From positions 806,439-870,438 of the forward strand of contig MNCI01002485.1 in the NCBI GenBank assembly GCA_015680685.1: DNA of 64,000 nucleotides, in the 5' to 3' direction. Source of the stretch: Gnetum montanum. Lineage: Eukaryota > Plantae > Gnetophyta. This document shows positions 38,045 through 51,791 of this stretch, piece after piece (the stretch's first letter is position 1; every line of letters starts with the position of its first letter). The notes under the pieces are model-generated. The model was not told where the DNA came from, did not search any database, and saw nothing but the letters and a program-made list of their open reading frames with translations. Both the position numbers and the translations under genes were made by a program.

Positions 38045-38420
38045 TTGTACTTTGATGGTTCTTGTAACTCCAAAGGTGAAAGAGTTGGAATATTTTTAGT
38101 AAAAGATGATTTCCTGAAAATATTAAAGGCAATTAATTTATCTTTTCCTTGCAAAAATAACAAGGCTGAATATGAAGCTATAAGTATTAGAATTAAAATA
38201 GCATTGGAAATGAAAATCAAGGTAATTACCATAAAATGAGATTAAATATTGATTTGTGAACAAGTCAAGGGAAATTATGTAGTAAAAAGCCCATTCTTGT
38301 AGCCTTATAAATAGCTTGTCAGTAAAATGTTGGATTAGTTTCATTATTATAACATAGAACATATAGATAGGAAAGATAATCATATAGTGAATGATTTAGC
38401 AAAGGCAGCTTCATCGTTAG
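38045..38420 (+). pseudogene. Archaeal-type RNase H (aRH, RVT_3-like) located between protease and RT
   Basis: YFDGSCNSKGERVGI...FPCKNNKAEYEA...EQVKGNY...HIDRKDNHIVNDLAK. Confidence 0.88.
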
Positions 38421-38799
38421 ATGAGAAAATTATAGTAAATTATGAAGGAGTAATGATTGAAAATGAACATTAGCCATCAGTGCCAAATAACATAAGACAT
38501 TTACAAGTATCTAAAGATGATTATCAAGCACTTAGGTTCTTGAAGAATAAGCAAGAATTCAAAAGTTAAATCACACCTAAAATAATGTTAAGTTCTAGGT
38601 ATAATTTGATTCTTAAAAAGATGACCAATTATGAATATGAGTTTAGTAAAAATTTGCCCACAAGAAAAGATATATAGAATTTTGATGATCAAGCTTATGA
38701 AACTATGAATCTTAGAACTACCAAGACACCAAAGATGTTAAATGTCACAAAGGAAGATAATTCAATTTTTAGGAAAAATTTGTTATTATTGTAAAAAAT

Positions 38800-41384
38800 A
38801 TTTAGAAAATTTTGCCTAGTCATATGATGATCTTAAAGCTTTTAGAACAAATGTGATGACACATAAAATTCCTTTAATAAATGGTTGTAAGAAGGTTAAG
38901 AAAAAATAAAGGAAATGTAATCCATCATTTGAACTAGTTATGGAAGATGAGATTAAAAAGCTATTGCAAACTCAAATCATATATCTAGTTCAATATTCAA
39001 CATGGCTTACTAATCTTATTCCAGTAAGGAAGAAGAATGATGATATTAGGCTTTGTGTGGATTTCAGAAATTTGAATGAAGCCTTTGAAAATGATAAGTA
39101 TCCACTTCCTAGAATTAATGAAATGTTGATCAAAATATTAGGATGTCAAGCACACTTGTTCCTAGATGGGTTTTTAGGTTATAATCAAATTATGGTGGAT
39201 AAGAATGATAGACATAAAATATCATTTATCACCAAATGTGGGACATTTTCTTACAAAATAATGTCATTTGGATTATCAAATGCTAGAGATACTTTCCAAA
39301 GAGCAATGGGCTTAGCTTTTAAAGATTTTATAAGAAAGTTCGTTGTGGTTTATTTAGATGATATTATTGTCTATTCAAGAAGGAAGGAATATCATATAGA
39401 TCATCTTCAACAAGTTTTGGATAGATGTCATGAGTATGACATTTCATTAAATCCTAAGAAATGTATCTTCAGGGTTAAATCTAGAAGTTTGCTAGGTCAT
39501 GTGATCTATCAAGAAGGAACTCCTATAGATGACACATGAATTCAAGTAGTACAAAATATTGTTCATTCAACAAACAAAAAGTCTCTTAGATCTTTCTTTT
39601 TAAAGATAAATTTTATTAAGAAGTTTATCCTAGGACTTACTGAAATTACTAAACCTATGATTCATATGCTCAAAAGAGATATTCCAGTAAGGAAAACACC
39701 AAAATTAGAAAAAGCCTTCACAAAGATTAAAAGGGTTATTCAAGAAGCTCCATACTTTGTAAAATCAAGATTGAAGGAAGATTTCTAGTTATATGTTTTT
39801 GCCTCAAATGATTCAATTGCTACGATTTTGACTCAAAGAGACAAAGGTCAAGATGAACCAATTGGATTTTTTAGGTATCAGTTGAAAGGTTCAAAATTAA
39901 ATTATTCAGATATAGAGAAACAAGCATTTGCAATCATTAAAGAACTTCAGCATTTCAAATATTACTTGGAAATCTCATTGGTTCATATTATGTTATTAGA
40001 GCCTATGGTCAAATCATTCTTGGCTCAAAAAGAAAATGGATTTAAAAGAGGGAAGTGGATTATAAAGTTTCAAACTTTCAGGTTTTCATTGGAAATTTTC
40101 AAAACTATTAAAGGAATTTGATTAGCCAAGTTAATGGCTAGAGAAAATGAGATATGTGTGCTAAGAACTCATGAAGGAAATTCGTATGATAAAATTCTAG
40201 AATTCCTAAACAATAGAAAGATTTCAAATAATTTAACTACAAATCAAAGAAGAGCTTTTTTCAAGAAGGAAAATAAATTTGTGGTTAATGATGGAATTTT
40301 ATATAAGAAATACTTTAGAGGGATTTTGTTGGAATGTGTTCATGACAATCAAGTCAATCCTATTTTAGAAATATTCCATGATCATACTAATTTATTTTAT
40401 GAGTCTCATAAGTCCACCATGCAACATATACTCCATTATGGTTTTTATTGACTGAGCATGTATCAAGATATTAGCATGAAAATCTAAAAATGTTATAAAT
40501 GTTAGATTCATGGGTTGAAAATCAAATCAACAATTATGGATAGACAATTTTAGCAATGGGGCTTAGATGTTATTGGCAAAATTACTCCTTCAAGAGCTCA
40601 ACATAAGTTTATTCTCACGGCCACTAATTAGTTTACTAAATGATTTGAAGAAAAAGCTCTAAGAAACTATTTAGCATCATATGTGATTAAGATCCTAGAA
40701 GATCAAATTCTAAGTTACTTTGGTATGCCTGTAGTGTTTGATAATGGACTTGTTTTTCAATTTGAGGAATTTATGAAATGGGCATCAGAGAAATCTATTT
40801 TTCTATACCTTCTTCTAATTATTATCCTCAAGGGAATGACTTAGTTGAATCTATAAATAAAAAGCTTATTTCATACATTAAAAAATTGATGGAGGGGAAT
40901 CTTGGAAATTGGATTGATTATTTGTAATGCATATTATGGATTGACTGTATTAGGTTTTAAAAGGCTATTGGGACATCAGCTTATAATTTTGTTTATGGTT
41001 TCCCTGCAAGAGTAACGAATCAAATTTTAAGCTTGGACTCTAATTTTGTACAAAGGTATAGTAAAAAAAACATATAAAGATAGAAATTATAAGAGAATCC
41101 AAAGTGGATAGAGCTAAGTATAATCTATTAGAAAATGCTTCTCTAGTTAAAATATGGTTCGATAGAAAGGCCATGAAAAGAACTTTTAAAGCTAGTGATC
41201 TTGTGCTATTGTGGAATATGTAGAAACCTAATAAATTTTCAGCTAGATGGTTGGGTCCATTTTAGATTAAGAAACAATTATCAAAAGAAACATACAAGTT
41301 ATCCACATTAAGTGGATTGGAATTGTAGCTTTCATATAATGTTTTACATATAAGACATTACTTTGGGCAAGCGCCCACAACTTA
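38800..41384 (+). pseudogene. pol: Outer element RT, RH and integrase
   Basis: IRLCVDFRNLN, LDGFLGYNQI and YLDD (RT). YVFASNDSIATIL..NYSDIEKQAFAI (RH). WGLDVIG, FDNGLVF and WLGPF (INT). No aRH between RH and INT. Confidence 0.9.
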
Positions 41385-42710
41385 GAATATATATGTACAT
41401 ATATATAACAATATAGTGTATAGTAATAACAGAATGATAATAATAATATTTTGTATACATGTGGTAGTAAGTAACAAAATTTTATATATAAGATTTTAAA
41501 ACATATATACTTAGTGATGATATACATAATAAAATAATATTTATACATGCTTATATAATACCTGATCATAATATGTGTGTATATCATATACATATATTAA
41601 GACGTATATATGATATGATAGAATATATGTACATAAGAGTGTTAGTTTGAATATTAAATTTACATTAGCTCAAGTAATCATTACTTGTTATGTATGATAA
41701 CTACGCTTTAGTGGGAGCGGTGGTTTAGATAACCACATAATGAAAAATTAATTTAAAACAACCACATATTGGAATTTGAATTAGCCAACCATATGGTGAT
41801 AGAAATTGAATAAGTTTTGGTTTCGTGGAAAAGTTGGTTATTAAAATGAGTGAAAATTTCAAACTTAGCTTACACTATATAAAGGATTGTGGTATGCCTA
41901 AAAACACAATTAACATGTGAGTAAGAGAAAGGCAAGTGAAGTATTTGAGTTTGAGGTAGAAAGTGAGCTTTAGAGAGATGGCAGCAAGAAAACCTTTTAT
42001 TCCATATGTAACTAGATGTTGCCCATAGNTAGCAAGAAAACCTTTTATTCCATATGTAACTAGATGTTGCCCATAGCATGTCATGCAAGCCTTTTGCAAG
42101 GCAATTGCTTGAGGGGAAACAACCAAAAGTTCCATTCATACTTTGGCTTTTAAATGAATTTAGCTTTCTCACTAGTGGATGCTCTATCCATTCAAATGTT
42201 TGCAACAATTTTCACCAATGTAACACTAAAGTTGAACACCAAGGAGAGTCCAGTCAAGATGATTCTTGAGGATAGGCTTTCATTTCTCAATATACAAAAA
42301 CTAGGTATGAAGAGCTTCACAAATCAATAGCCAAAGAGAGATGAAAAAGAGATGGATATGGTTGCTGGAAACAATGGTGAAACAAAAGAAGTTGAAGCTC
42401 CAATAAGGTAAGGACATGAAAGAAGAACATTCATCACCATTGAAATTAAATATGAGATAATTCACAACATGAGGATCCAAAAAAGGGTTACCTTGATTAT
42501 TCTCTTCCCTCTTGTAGAATAGTTGATAAAACTATGATTGTATAGTTTGTTTCTTATTTTATAGAAATGAGGTTTCTATACCATCAAACCTTAAGTTTGG
42601 TGGAAATTTTCCTCAAAAAAACATTTCTAGTTTTTCATGTGAAAAGAAGTTGTCCAATAAAATTTTTGTTTCTCAACTAATGTGCATTGGTAAATATTTT
42701 TAAGAAATTT

Positions 42711-42733
42711 AAGAGAAAGGGGGAAAAATAAAA
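42711..42733 (+). promoter_or_regulatory. Polypurine tract of outer element
   Basis: aagagaaagggggaaaaataaaa immediately before TG at 42734. Confidence 0.8.
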
Positions 42734-45700
42734 TGTTTGCACATTTTTGCCATTGAATGGAGCAAGCTTTATGGGTTGTGATTTTTAAAGAGGAGTTATA
42801 CATGGTTGCTAAAGCTAAAAGAAACAAGGCTAAATTTTTATTGCTTGCAATGATAGTCTCTTTTGAGTGGATTGTTTTTTAGAAGTCTTTTCCTAGAGAC
42901 ATTATGCATATTGAGATAGTTAACACTGAATTGTCCATTTGGAAGACACAAGTAGAGGATTTAACATAGGTACTTATTAAATTATATAAATGATTTTAAC
43001 CATGCATATAAAAGTTTGCATCAAACCATGATAAAGGAGGATTATGAATTACATGGATTTTCCTCTCTTTCTCATGCCCATGAACATCTATATGTGGAAC
43101 GTCTTTGTAGTAAATGCTTTCAGGAAATAAAATGTTTGGACTACACAACTTAAGAATTTGAATGACAAGCTTTAGTTTATAAAAAATATATATTTCGTAT
43201 CCAGTCGTAAGCTTTAGATCATGATTATACACCTAGCAGCCAAAATCCCTGCACGATACTTTGTAGATTGCCGGCCAATGAGCCTCTACACAATGGCCTT
43301 GAAATTTAGGGTATCCGTGGTGGTTTAAACATTCCAGTCAACAAAAGTACAATAAGAAACCCAAAAACACAAGCAGATCCAAGGTCAAACCTCTGCTACA
43401 AAATTATCGAAAAGATATGCAATTTGTGACTTGCCTTAACAAGCCCCCGTCTGTTTTAAGATTAAAATGCGCGTTAACAAACTGTAGCATCCACTAGCCC
43501 AAAATGGCTTTCGCTGGGCAGACTCTTGGGTCTAGCACAGGTTTTTGCCTTCCATAACAAGTAGCAGCAGTAATAGCCCAGACCAATACGCGATGGTGGT
43601 TATGATCACGGTGACCTGCAAATCCTCGGTTTCAACCAAATTTACTATCCATCTCCTTTGATGTCAGATCAGTGATGGGACCGAGCAGCTCATTCATGCC
43701 TTCACTGACATATTGGGCGAGCATTGTCAGCACCGGATTTGGAGCTTCCGAGGACGAGCCGTCATTGACATCCATATTTACAAAGAACCTCATCCACGAT
43801 GACGGAAAGGCAGAACGCAGTAGATGATAAACCCTCATTTCAGCACCCGATACCATCAGAGCCACTATCCATGTCTCCGTTGCCGCACCAGCATCACCAC
43901 CGTCGCCCATCTTTTTCTTCATCCACAGCATCAAAGACACGAAAGCCACCCACATGCAGAAAAGCATCTTCTTTGCTGGCACAGGCAGCCATGACTGCTG
44001 GAAGCACAACCACAAGACTCTGATGGCAAAAAGATGTGAGAGCAATTGCCAAAGAAAAAGGGACGAAAGACATGAAAGGTGCAATGCATCAGGCTATGAA
44101 CCTTCAACTCAACACGCGGTAAATAACAGACCCTCGCCACTACGCTCATACGACGGGTTTGTAATGATCGTGGAGATAGAATTTTATTAATCGGTGTGCT
44201 TAGTTATAGCATATAAGGAATATATATATATATATATTTCTATTGCTGCAGGCAAGAGATTGCAATATAAGTCTTAAAAATAATTTTTATGTATTTATTA
44301 AAATAGAGAGAAGGTTAACTTTAAAAGAAAAAGAAGATTATTTAGAAAGACACTTGCTAACTTTGGCTCAAATTACTCATAACTTCCTATAGAAGTTAAT
44401 ATCATAGATAATTGTAAATTACCTTAACCTTTCATGATGGTTGTAACTACCCTATAGTCACTATAAAAAGGGCTTCAATAGTAGATTTATGGAGGGATTT
44501 GCAAGAAGAATACTTAGAAGAATATTAAAGATTGTAAAGCATGGATTGCTAAAGACATAAATTTGGCTACTTTGTTTTAATCTTGTGAGTGTTTTTCTTC
44601 CCATTTTGTCTTTAGTTACTTAATTAATGATTTAGATAGTATCATGCTTGGCATTTAATTTTGGGATTTTCTAATTACTCTTATAACTCTATTGTTGTGC
44701 AATATTAGACTTCTATTAGGTTTACCATAGAAGATCTTCTGTTTTTCTTATAAAAGCATCTTTAGCAATTTAATAGTAATGTCTTATAGAAATTGCCTAT
44801 TTGAGTCTAGAGGATCTTGAAAACCTTTCATACTTTGACTTGCTTGAAATAGCTTCATTTTTTTAAAAGTTTATTTCCTTGGAATTTTAATCTTGAAATT
44901 GTTAAATTTTTTCTGCTAGTTCTATTGTATGCAATTCTTGACAGCTATTAACTAGCTAAACAAAAGCTTACAGTTGTTGTTTACAAAGTATATTGGTAGT
45001 GTAATAAGATTTTCTTTTACGAAATTGCTTGTTGGGATCAGAGGTTTTGGACAATTTGTAGTACTTAGATTGAATTAGAATAGCTTTATTGTGAAGTGTG
45101 TCATTGTGTTCAATTTATCTTACCTAAATGTTTAAGACTTACACAATTCTATTTTCTTTTATTTTCTCTTTCTAGATCCTTTGAATCTTGCTCTATTTCT
45201 AGTTTTATGGAATTTTCTCTCTAGGAAAAATTAGGAGTAGATTAGCAGAATTATGCTCAAGCATTTTTGTGAAACTTTATATGTTTCAAGTAGTGTGCTA
45301 TGGGGACAATATAGACTAAGTAATTTAAAAAATATGAATCCTTAATAACTTATAGTATTTGACAAATCTAGCTGAATTTATTTTATGATTGCTAGTTATA
45401 GTTTCATATACAAATCCAAACATTTCAACATTTACAATAGTAATTACACATTTATGCATAATTCGTTTTATAACCAGTGAGTTTATTTGGAGGTATTTGG
45501 GTCTTGGTGTTTCCACAAGACCAGCAAGCACATAAATGTTATTTGAAGAAACACCTTCATTTCCCATGATCCCAAGGTCACAAGATCAAAGGCCAAACAT
45601 TGGCAGTTGATGAGATGCGATTCACATAGGCCGCGATATCGCGTACGCGATATCTCGTCTGCCACGATATCGCATCCCCCGCGATATTGCGTCTTCCCTA

Positions 45701-46534
45701 CAATATCGCATACACGATATCGCAGTCCGCCGCCATATCTATAAATAAGACGCGGCTCTCCCTTGTTTAAGGATCCCAGTTTTAGAGTAGCGAAGCTCTG
45801 GTAGTTTGATCCCTCCAGAGTTAGATTTTTTCCCATGTTTGCCTATAGTGTGGTGAATGTAATTGTACGGTGTCTTTATTCAAGTGTGCTATACTTGGAC
45901 ACACACATGACCGGCAACAAAGATCGAGATTACTTCATCATTGCAGCATTCACTTTGTCATTTATTTAATTGTTATTTATTTAATGTTATTTACTGTTTT
46001 CTCTCTCTCACCCTTAAACTCCTAGAACGCAGAACGAGTACGACTTGATTAAGAGCATTTAAGTGTGACTACTTGGTAGCCCAGTGGTGTAGCTAGGATC
46101 TACGCTTGGTAACCCAATGTTGTATTTGGGATCTACGCTTGGTAATCCCAGTGGCGTACCTAGGATCTATGCTTGGTAGTCCTAGTGGTAGTCATGCATG
46201 AGGTCCAAGATGTGTATGGTTGATCAAGGAATTGGTTGCTCATCGCACTTAGGCTAGATTAGATTTTCTTACCCTTTTCCTCTTAGCTTAGATTAGTTAA
46301 TATTATTTTCCACTGCCTTCAGGAGTAGCATAGATTAGGAACACATCATACACCTCATTTAGACTAAACCATACGTGAAAAATGCAATACTATTCCAGGT
46401 GGGAAGACAACGAACTGTGACCTAAGGCTAACTATCTAGGTACCACAACTAGTCCATTTGCGGAGTTCGACCGGATCATGCGTGTGACACTCTTTTCGTA
46501 TGGTTGAGTGTAGGGGTACCTTGCCACTCATCAT

Positions 46535-46552
46535 TGGTGCCATTGCTGAGGA
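46535..46552 (+). promoter_or_regulatory. Primer-binding site (tRNA-Asp-like, Athila type)
   Basis: tggtgccattgctgagga compared with TGGCGCCGTTGCCGGGGA. Confidence 0.8.
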
Positions 46553-46666
46553 TGGTGCTAGTTATCTAGATTAGTTATATCATACAAGGTCACTGTAAAG
46601 GACTTAACGATATATCTTTCAGAAAATAATAATTATAAAAAGTCATACATAAATTCACACACAACA

Positions 46667-48100
46667 ATGCCTCTCCTACAAGATAATAATAATGCCACAC
46701 TTAGTGAGGAAGTTCATTGGAGAACCAATGAGCTATATGAAAATGAAGGTTGGAGTATACAACTTGAAGTGGGAGTTTCCTATAAGCATGAACAAAAACA
46801 ACGTCATCACAATGCACGAAAGCCTAACTTACCTGATGACGATGAACCCCCACTGGCCAGTACAAGCTTAACGAAAATACAAGAGGCTGTTCGAATCTCA
46901 CGTAGGCATCGTAAAGAGAGCCGACTACTTAGGCTTGATTTAAACAACTTTCCCAAATTTTTAGGAGGCTATGACTTAGATCTGCATCAACATTTACTAG
47001 CCTTCTACGATGCCTGCACATGGAATAACATCGAAAATAGTTGGCAAAAACTAAAGCTCTTTCCTATGACACTCGTTGACCAAGCTAAATTATGGTATAG
47101 ATCATTAAAACCAAACTCGATACAACACTGGTCAATAATGGTAGAGGTCTTTAACAAAAAATATCAAACCTACGCAAGAGTGTCAGCCTTGAAGAAATAA
47201 ATCCAAGGATGGAAACAAGCACAACATGAACCCTTGGTCATGGCCCTAGAGAGATATTACGCATTGTTAAACAACTGTCTAGGCCATGGGTTTTTTGAGG
47301 AAAGGCTAATGTACCATATCATTGATGGGCTATGTAATGAAATAAGCGAGACCTTAGGAATGTATGCCAAAGGTCAACTATACAACCTACAAACCCATCA
47401 AATCCAAGAGCTTATTAAGTGGGTAGCAAAAGAAGAAGGCGAAATAGCTACATGGGAGAGTGTTGAAAAACATCAATGGGACCAAAATATTAACTCAACA
47501 AAGGTCCATGATATAACAAGGAGAAATCAACAATTCTCAAGGTGGAAACATCATCTTTGCCAATACAACAATCGTTAGAAAAAGCCGAGGCAAAGATCAA
47601 TAAGATGTTGGAATGGATGAATCAAAAGTGTGGAGAATATATCAACATCATTGGGGATAGAGTTTTGACAACCCAAGAGGTAGGAAAAAATAATAGGCAT
47701 TCGGAGAAAAAGAATAAAGGGAATAAGCGCTCAACTGCCAATCATACGTATGAATGTAACATATGCTTGTACGATCACCCCAAAGGCCAATGCCTAGTCT
47801 TGTTACATCTACATGAGCATTGGGGAAATACATTACATCTAGAGTTTGTACAGAGATACTGTGTTCGACCACAATGGCAACAATCCCAGTCATAGGGGAG
47901 ACCACCCTTAGAATGGAGGCACCCTTCACATTTTCCGAATCCAAATGCTTATCACGTCCAACATCCTATTTCTCCATTCAGGCCACCATACTCTATCTCA
48001 CCACAATACCATTCTCCACAATACTATTAGCCCATACCTCCAACACAACCACCACCTTGTGCACCTTACATCCGTCCTAACTTTCAACATTCTCATCCTT
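46667..48100 (+). pseudogene. gag: gag of the Athila-like element
   Basis: NFPKFLGGYDLDLHQHLLAFYDAC...KLKLFPMTLVDQAKLWY and zinc knuckle CNICLYDHPKGQC. Confidence 0.85.
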
Positions 48101-48721
48101 TCCCTCCTTCCACAATGCCATCAACTATTCTGAAGGTGTTTGTACCAATGCAACCCACGAACAACACTTATGCTGATGCTACTAATAGTAGTGAAAAGCC
48201 TCCTCAACATCAAAGGAATCCTTTCTTTAAACATGGCCGTAGGAAGGGACGACATAATTCAGAGGCCATTGCATCTTCCAACTCTGCACAAGTCCAGCAC
48301 TGTGATGCACCCTTACCTTCAAACCCAACACCTCATGTAACTTCATCAGGGCCACCAACTAACACTCCAATAACCATACGGCCCAATGAACACAACCATG
48401 GGAGGCATCAGCCCAATCCTTGCATACCATCTAACCGTCCCAAACATCATAGTGGGTCAACTCGTTATCCGGGAACTACATTGTATGAAGTTCCCCACTG
48501 TGTTTATTATAAAGTGTTTGAAATCCAAGGTGATAAGTATGGACTAGTTTCAATATTTCCAATATGCAAGGATCCTCATTTCCCATTTATTAATCCTTGT
48601 CATACTCAAACGTTTAGTTATGGGGGATAACCCCCATTTCAATGACAAGTAGGATTAATAAATATTTTTTCATTTTCTTTAATTTTACAACTTTTTGTTT
48701 TCTAGCTTTTCATTTTTCAAC

Positions 48722-49179
48722 NNNNNNNNNNNNNNNNNNNNNNNNNNNNNNNNNNNNNNNNNNNNNNNNNNNNNNNNNNNNNNNNNNNNNNNNNNNNNNN
48801 NNNNNNNNNNNNNNNNNNNNNNNNNNNNNNNNNNNNNNNNNNNNNNNNNNNNNNNNNNNNNNNNNNNNNNNNNNNNNNNNNNNNNNNNNNNNNNNNNNNN
48901 NNNNNNNNNNNNNNNNNNNNNNNNNNNNNNNNNNNNNNNNNNNNNNNNNNNNNNNNNNNNNNNNNNNNNNNNNNNNNNNNNNNNNNNNNNNNNNNNNNNN
49001 NNNNNNNNNNNNNNNNNNNNNNNNNNNNNNNNNNNNNNNNNNNNNNNNNNNNNNNNNNNNNNNNNNNNNNNNNNNNNNNNNNNNNNNNNNNNNNNNNNNN
49101 NNNNNNNNNNNNNNNNNNNNNNNNNNNNNNNNNNNNNNNNNNNNNNNNNNNNNNNNNNNNNNNNNNNNNNNNNNNNNNN
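48722..49179. other. Assembly gap (N run)
   Basis: Run of N. A second gap lies at 52049-52139. Confidence 1.
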
Positions 49180-50462
49180 AGAAGTGCCATAAAACAAAAA
49201 TCACTCCTCCCTTGTACTAAACGCTAAGTGATCGTATGCCTTGTTGTTATGGTACTCTCATAGTTGTTCATCATGGGATGAAACAATGTGATGTCACTGA
49301 TTAGAAGGATGGACTTGGTCCTGACCTTAGAACGATGGGTTAATGACACCTTAATCATGCTTTTCACACAGGATTCATTGTACCCTAGGTCAGTTACCTC
49401 ATGTCCCAATCTCTACGATCCTTTTCTATACTTTGTCTCATCTCACTGTTCATGTAATTGTCACTCATGTCCCGTGTAGCATAGAATTTTCATCTCATTT
49501 CGATGATATTTACATGTGTGTGTTTTTGTGGAGTTGGTGCGGATTACATTTAACCCTTCTAGTGCCCACAGACACTTTAAGTGTGATTACACAAGGGCAT
49601 AATAGGTTGAAACTTGCTTTGGGGAGGACCCACTTGTGTAATTTTTCATAATCTTCACTAATTCTCTAGTCCAAACACATAATTTCTTACCCTTAGCTTA
49701 ATTTTTCATAATTTTCTTTCCCTCTTATTATCCCTCAAAATTTAAACGTTCCAATGTACCATTACATTCCCTTTTCTTCATAACCACCAAATTTTTTAAT
49801 GCTAAATTCACATCATTATCATTAAGTGTGCCTCTCGAATTAATGAAATTACCCTAGGATATCTTCACACTTGCCCATGTCCTCATCTTACACTATTAAT
49901 TTCAAGAAAATCATTAAAAATTTGGTATTTTCCATGTGTCCCACATCACTGGGGACGAGATATCATGTCCTATTTTTCTATAAATAGGAACCCCTACCGC
50001 AACACTTAGCATCATTTTGCCATTTATGGGGGGGGGGGGGAAGAATTTTTGAAATTTTTCTCTACAACTTGCGATTGCGTGACCCTTTATTTTTCACTCA
50101 TATTTCATGCGCTGGTGCTTTGATTTTAATTCCGTTTGAACCTGCTTGAACCTGGAGTGTTCAGTTTAGTCGTGGGGGAGGGACACTTACCGAAAAGTGC
50201 CTAAATTTTTTGAAATTTGTCATCACCCGAAGGACATCAATTAGAGTAATTAATACTAACACTTAGAAAAATTGTGCCAAAAATCATATGACCTTAAGTA
50301 TACTGGGAGATTAAAATGAAATCCACCTAAGTCATAGGACCCATTATTATAATTTTCAGGCACAATCACATGATAACATAAGATATTTAATTAAAGGCAT
50401 GTAGTAAGGTATAACTTAACTTTGAAAACAACCTTACTAACATTTGGCCCGTGTGATTGCAG

Positions 50463-51791
50463 ATGGCCCCGAAACGTGCACAGTGAGAGGGTCTTGCTCA
50501 AGGTGAAGCGAAACAGCCTCGGAGAGGTGGAAGATGAGTCCCTGTCTGACAACATGCAGAATAGGAGGTGCAATCATTTAGAATCCATCAAGAAGAACCT
50601 CCTACAAGATGATCCAAGCAGGCAGAAAGAGGAGCTACTGCTATGCCTAAACTGGGACAACAACTCGCGTTGCCCCCAGAATGTGTTTAGGCTATCCATA
50701 CGAAGTCCACAATTGCTACGGTGATCATGGAGCTTAACTTCAAACCTTTTGTAGAGTTTTCTCCTGAGGCTGTTAGGGATCACATTAAAGGGTCTCCCTT
50801 ATGGCCTATCCTCTCTGAGTGTGTTGCCTGGTACTTAGGTGAAACGTACCTGTTCTAGCACAATAAGGAGCAAGGCCCCATGGTTAACATTTGTGGTGTG
50901 ATGGTTGACTTTTCTGCACAGGCGATTTTGGAAGTGTTAAACCTTCCGAATTCAAGCCCCCATGTTGCTTGGTTATCTACCCAATCAGACCTTGATGTGC
51001 GAAAGGATTGGTTAGAGAAGGCTTATGGCAAAGATAAAGCTTTTAGTGAGCAGACAACGAAAGAGTGGGTTTATTTCAAAATTGGAACCGATCACCTCTT
51101 TCCCACAAAGGATTTGAAAAGAATATCAACATATGCGGTGAGGGGATGTGCAGTGTTGATGGGAAAGGTTAACTCTAACCTTGCCCATCTATATTTGACG
51201 GAGATCCTAAGGCGATTCGAAGAACGGAAGTCAGGGAAGATGGCACTACCTTTTCCCTGCCTTATCAAAAAACTGTGTCGAAAGGTTGGTATTCGGGGAT
51301 ACACAAATGATGTCCTCTGAAAGGCCCAAAATGCTTCTTATGCTGAGTTATTAAAGGCGCTAGCTCCAAGAAAGAGCACTGGCGAAGAACTTGTAGAGCG
51401 AAAGATGCTGGCTGAGAAATTAGATGTCATAAATTCTGAACTTGCGGTGGTAAAAGAAAGCTACTAGGGATAAAAATATGTTGCAACCGACTTGGCTCAA
51501 TGGGTAACAAAGCTTCATGAATACAAAGACAAAGCTAGAGCCTATGAAGAGGAACGATGAGTGTTCATGGCGTGGTACGTCAAAGCTAATCAGATGTTCC
51601 TGCAACTACCCTATCTGTGGGAGGTGCTGACTCTGTCAAACATTAGAACATTAGCATGGACAGCACAAGATCCTTGGACTAAAGAGGAGAAGCTCCAGGC
51701 CATTCTTTAGTATCATCAACCTTCCAAGCTTGGAGTAAGTGACAAAGGGAAAGCACCCATAGAGGAGCCACTGCCACCAGGAACTACGTGA
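50463..51791 (+). pseudogene. env-like extra ORF of the Athila-like element (Transposase_32/PF20167-like plus coiled coil)
   Basis: One frame from ATG 50463 (directly after acceptor-like ttgcag) to TGA 51791. Contains VNICGVMVDFSAQAILEVLNLP...NLAHLYLTEIL...ALPFPCLIKKLCRKVGI. Confidence 0.75.

Noticed and set aside
41983-42076. Perfect tandem duplication around a single N at 42029
   Set aside because: Same assembly artefact.
48642-49220. Long ORFs containing X runs
   Set aside because: Artefacts of the N gap.
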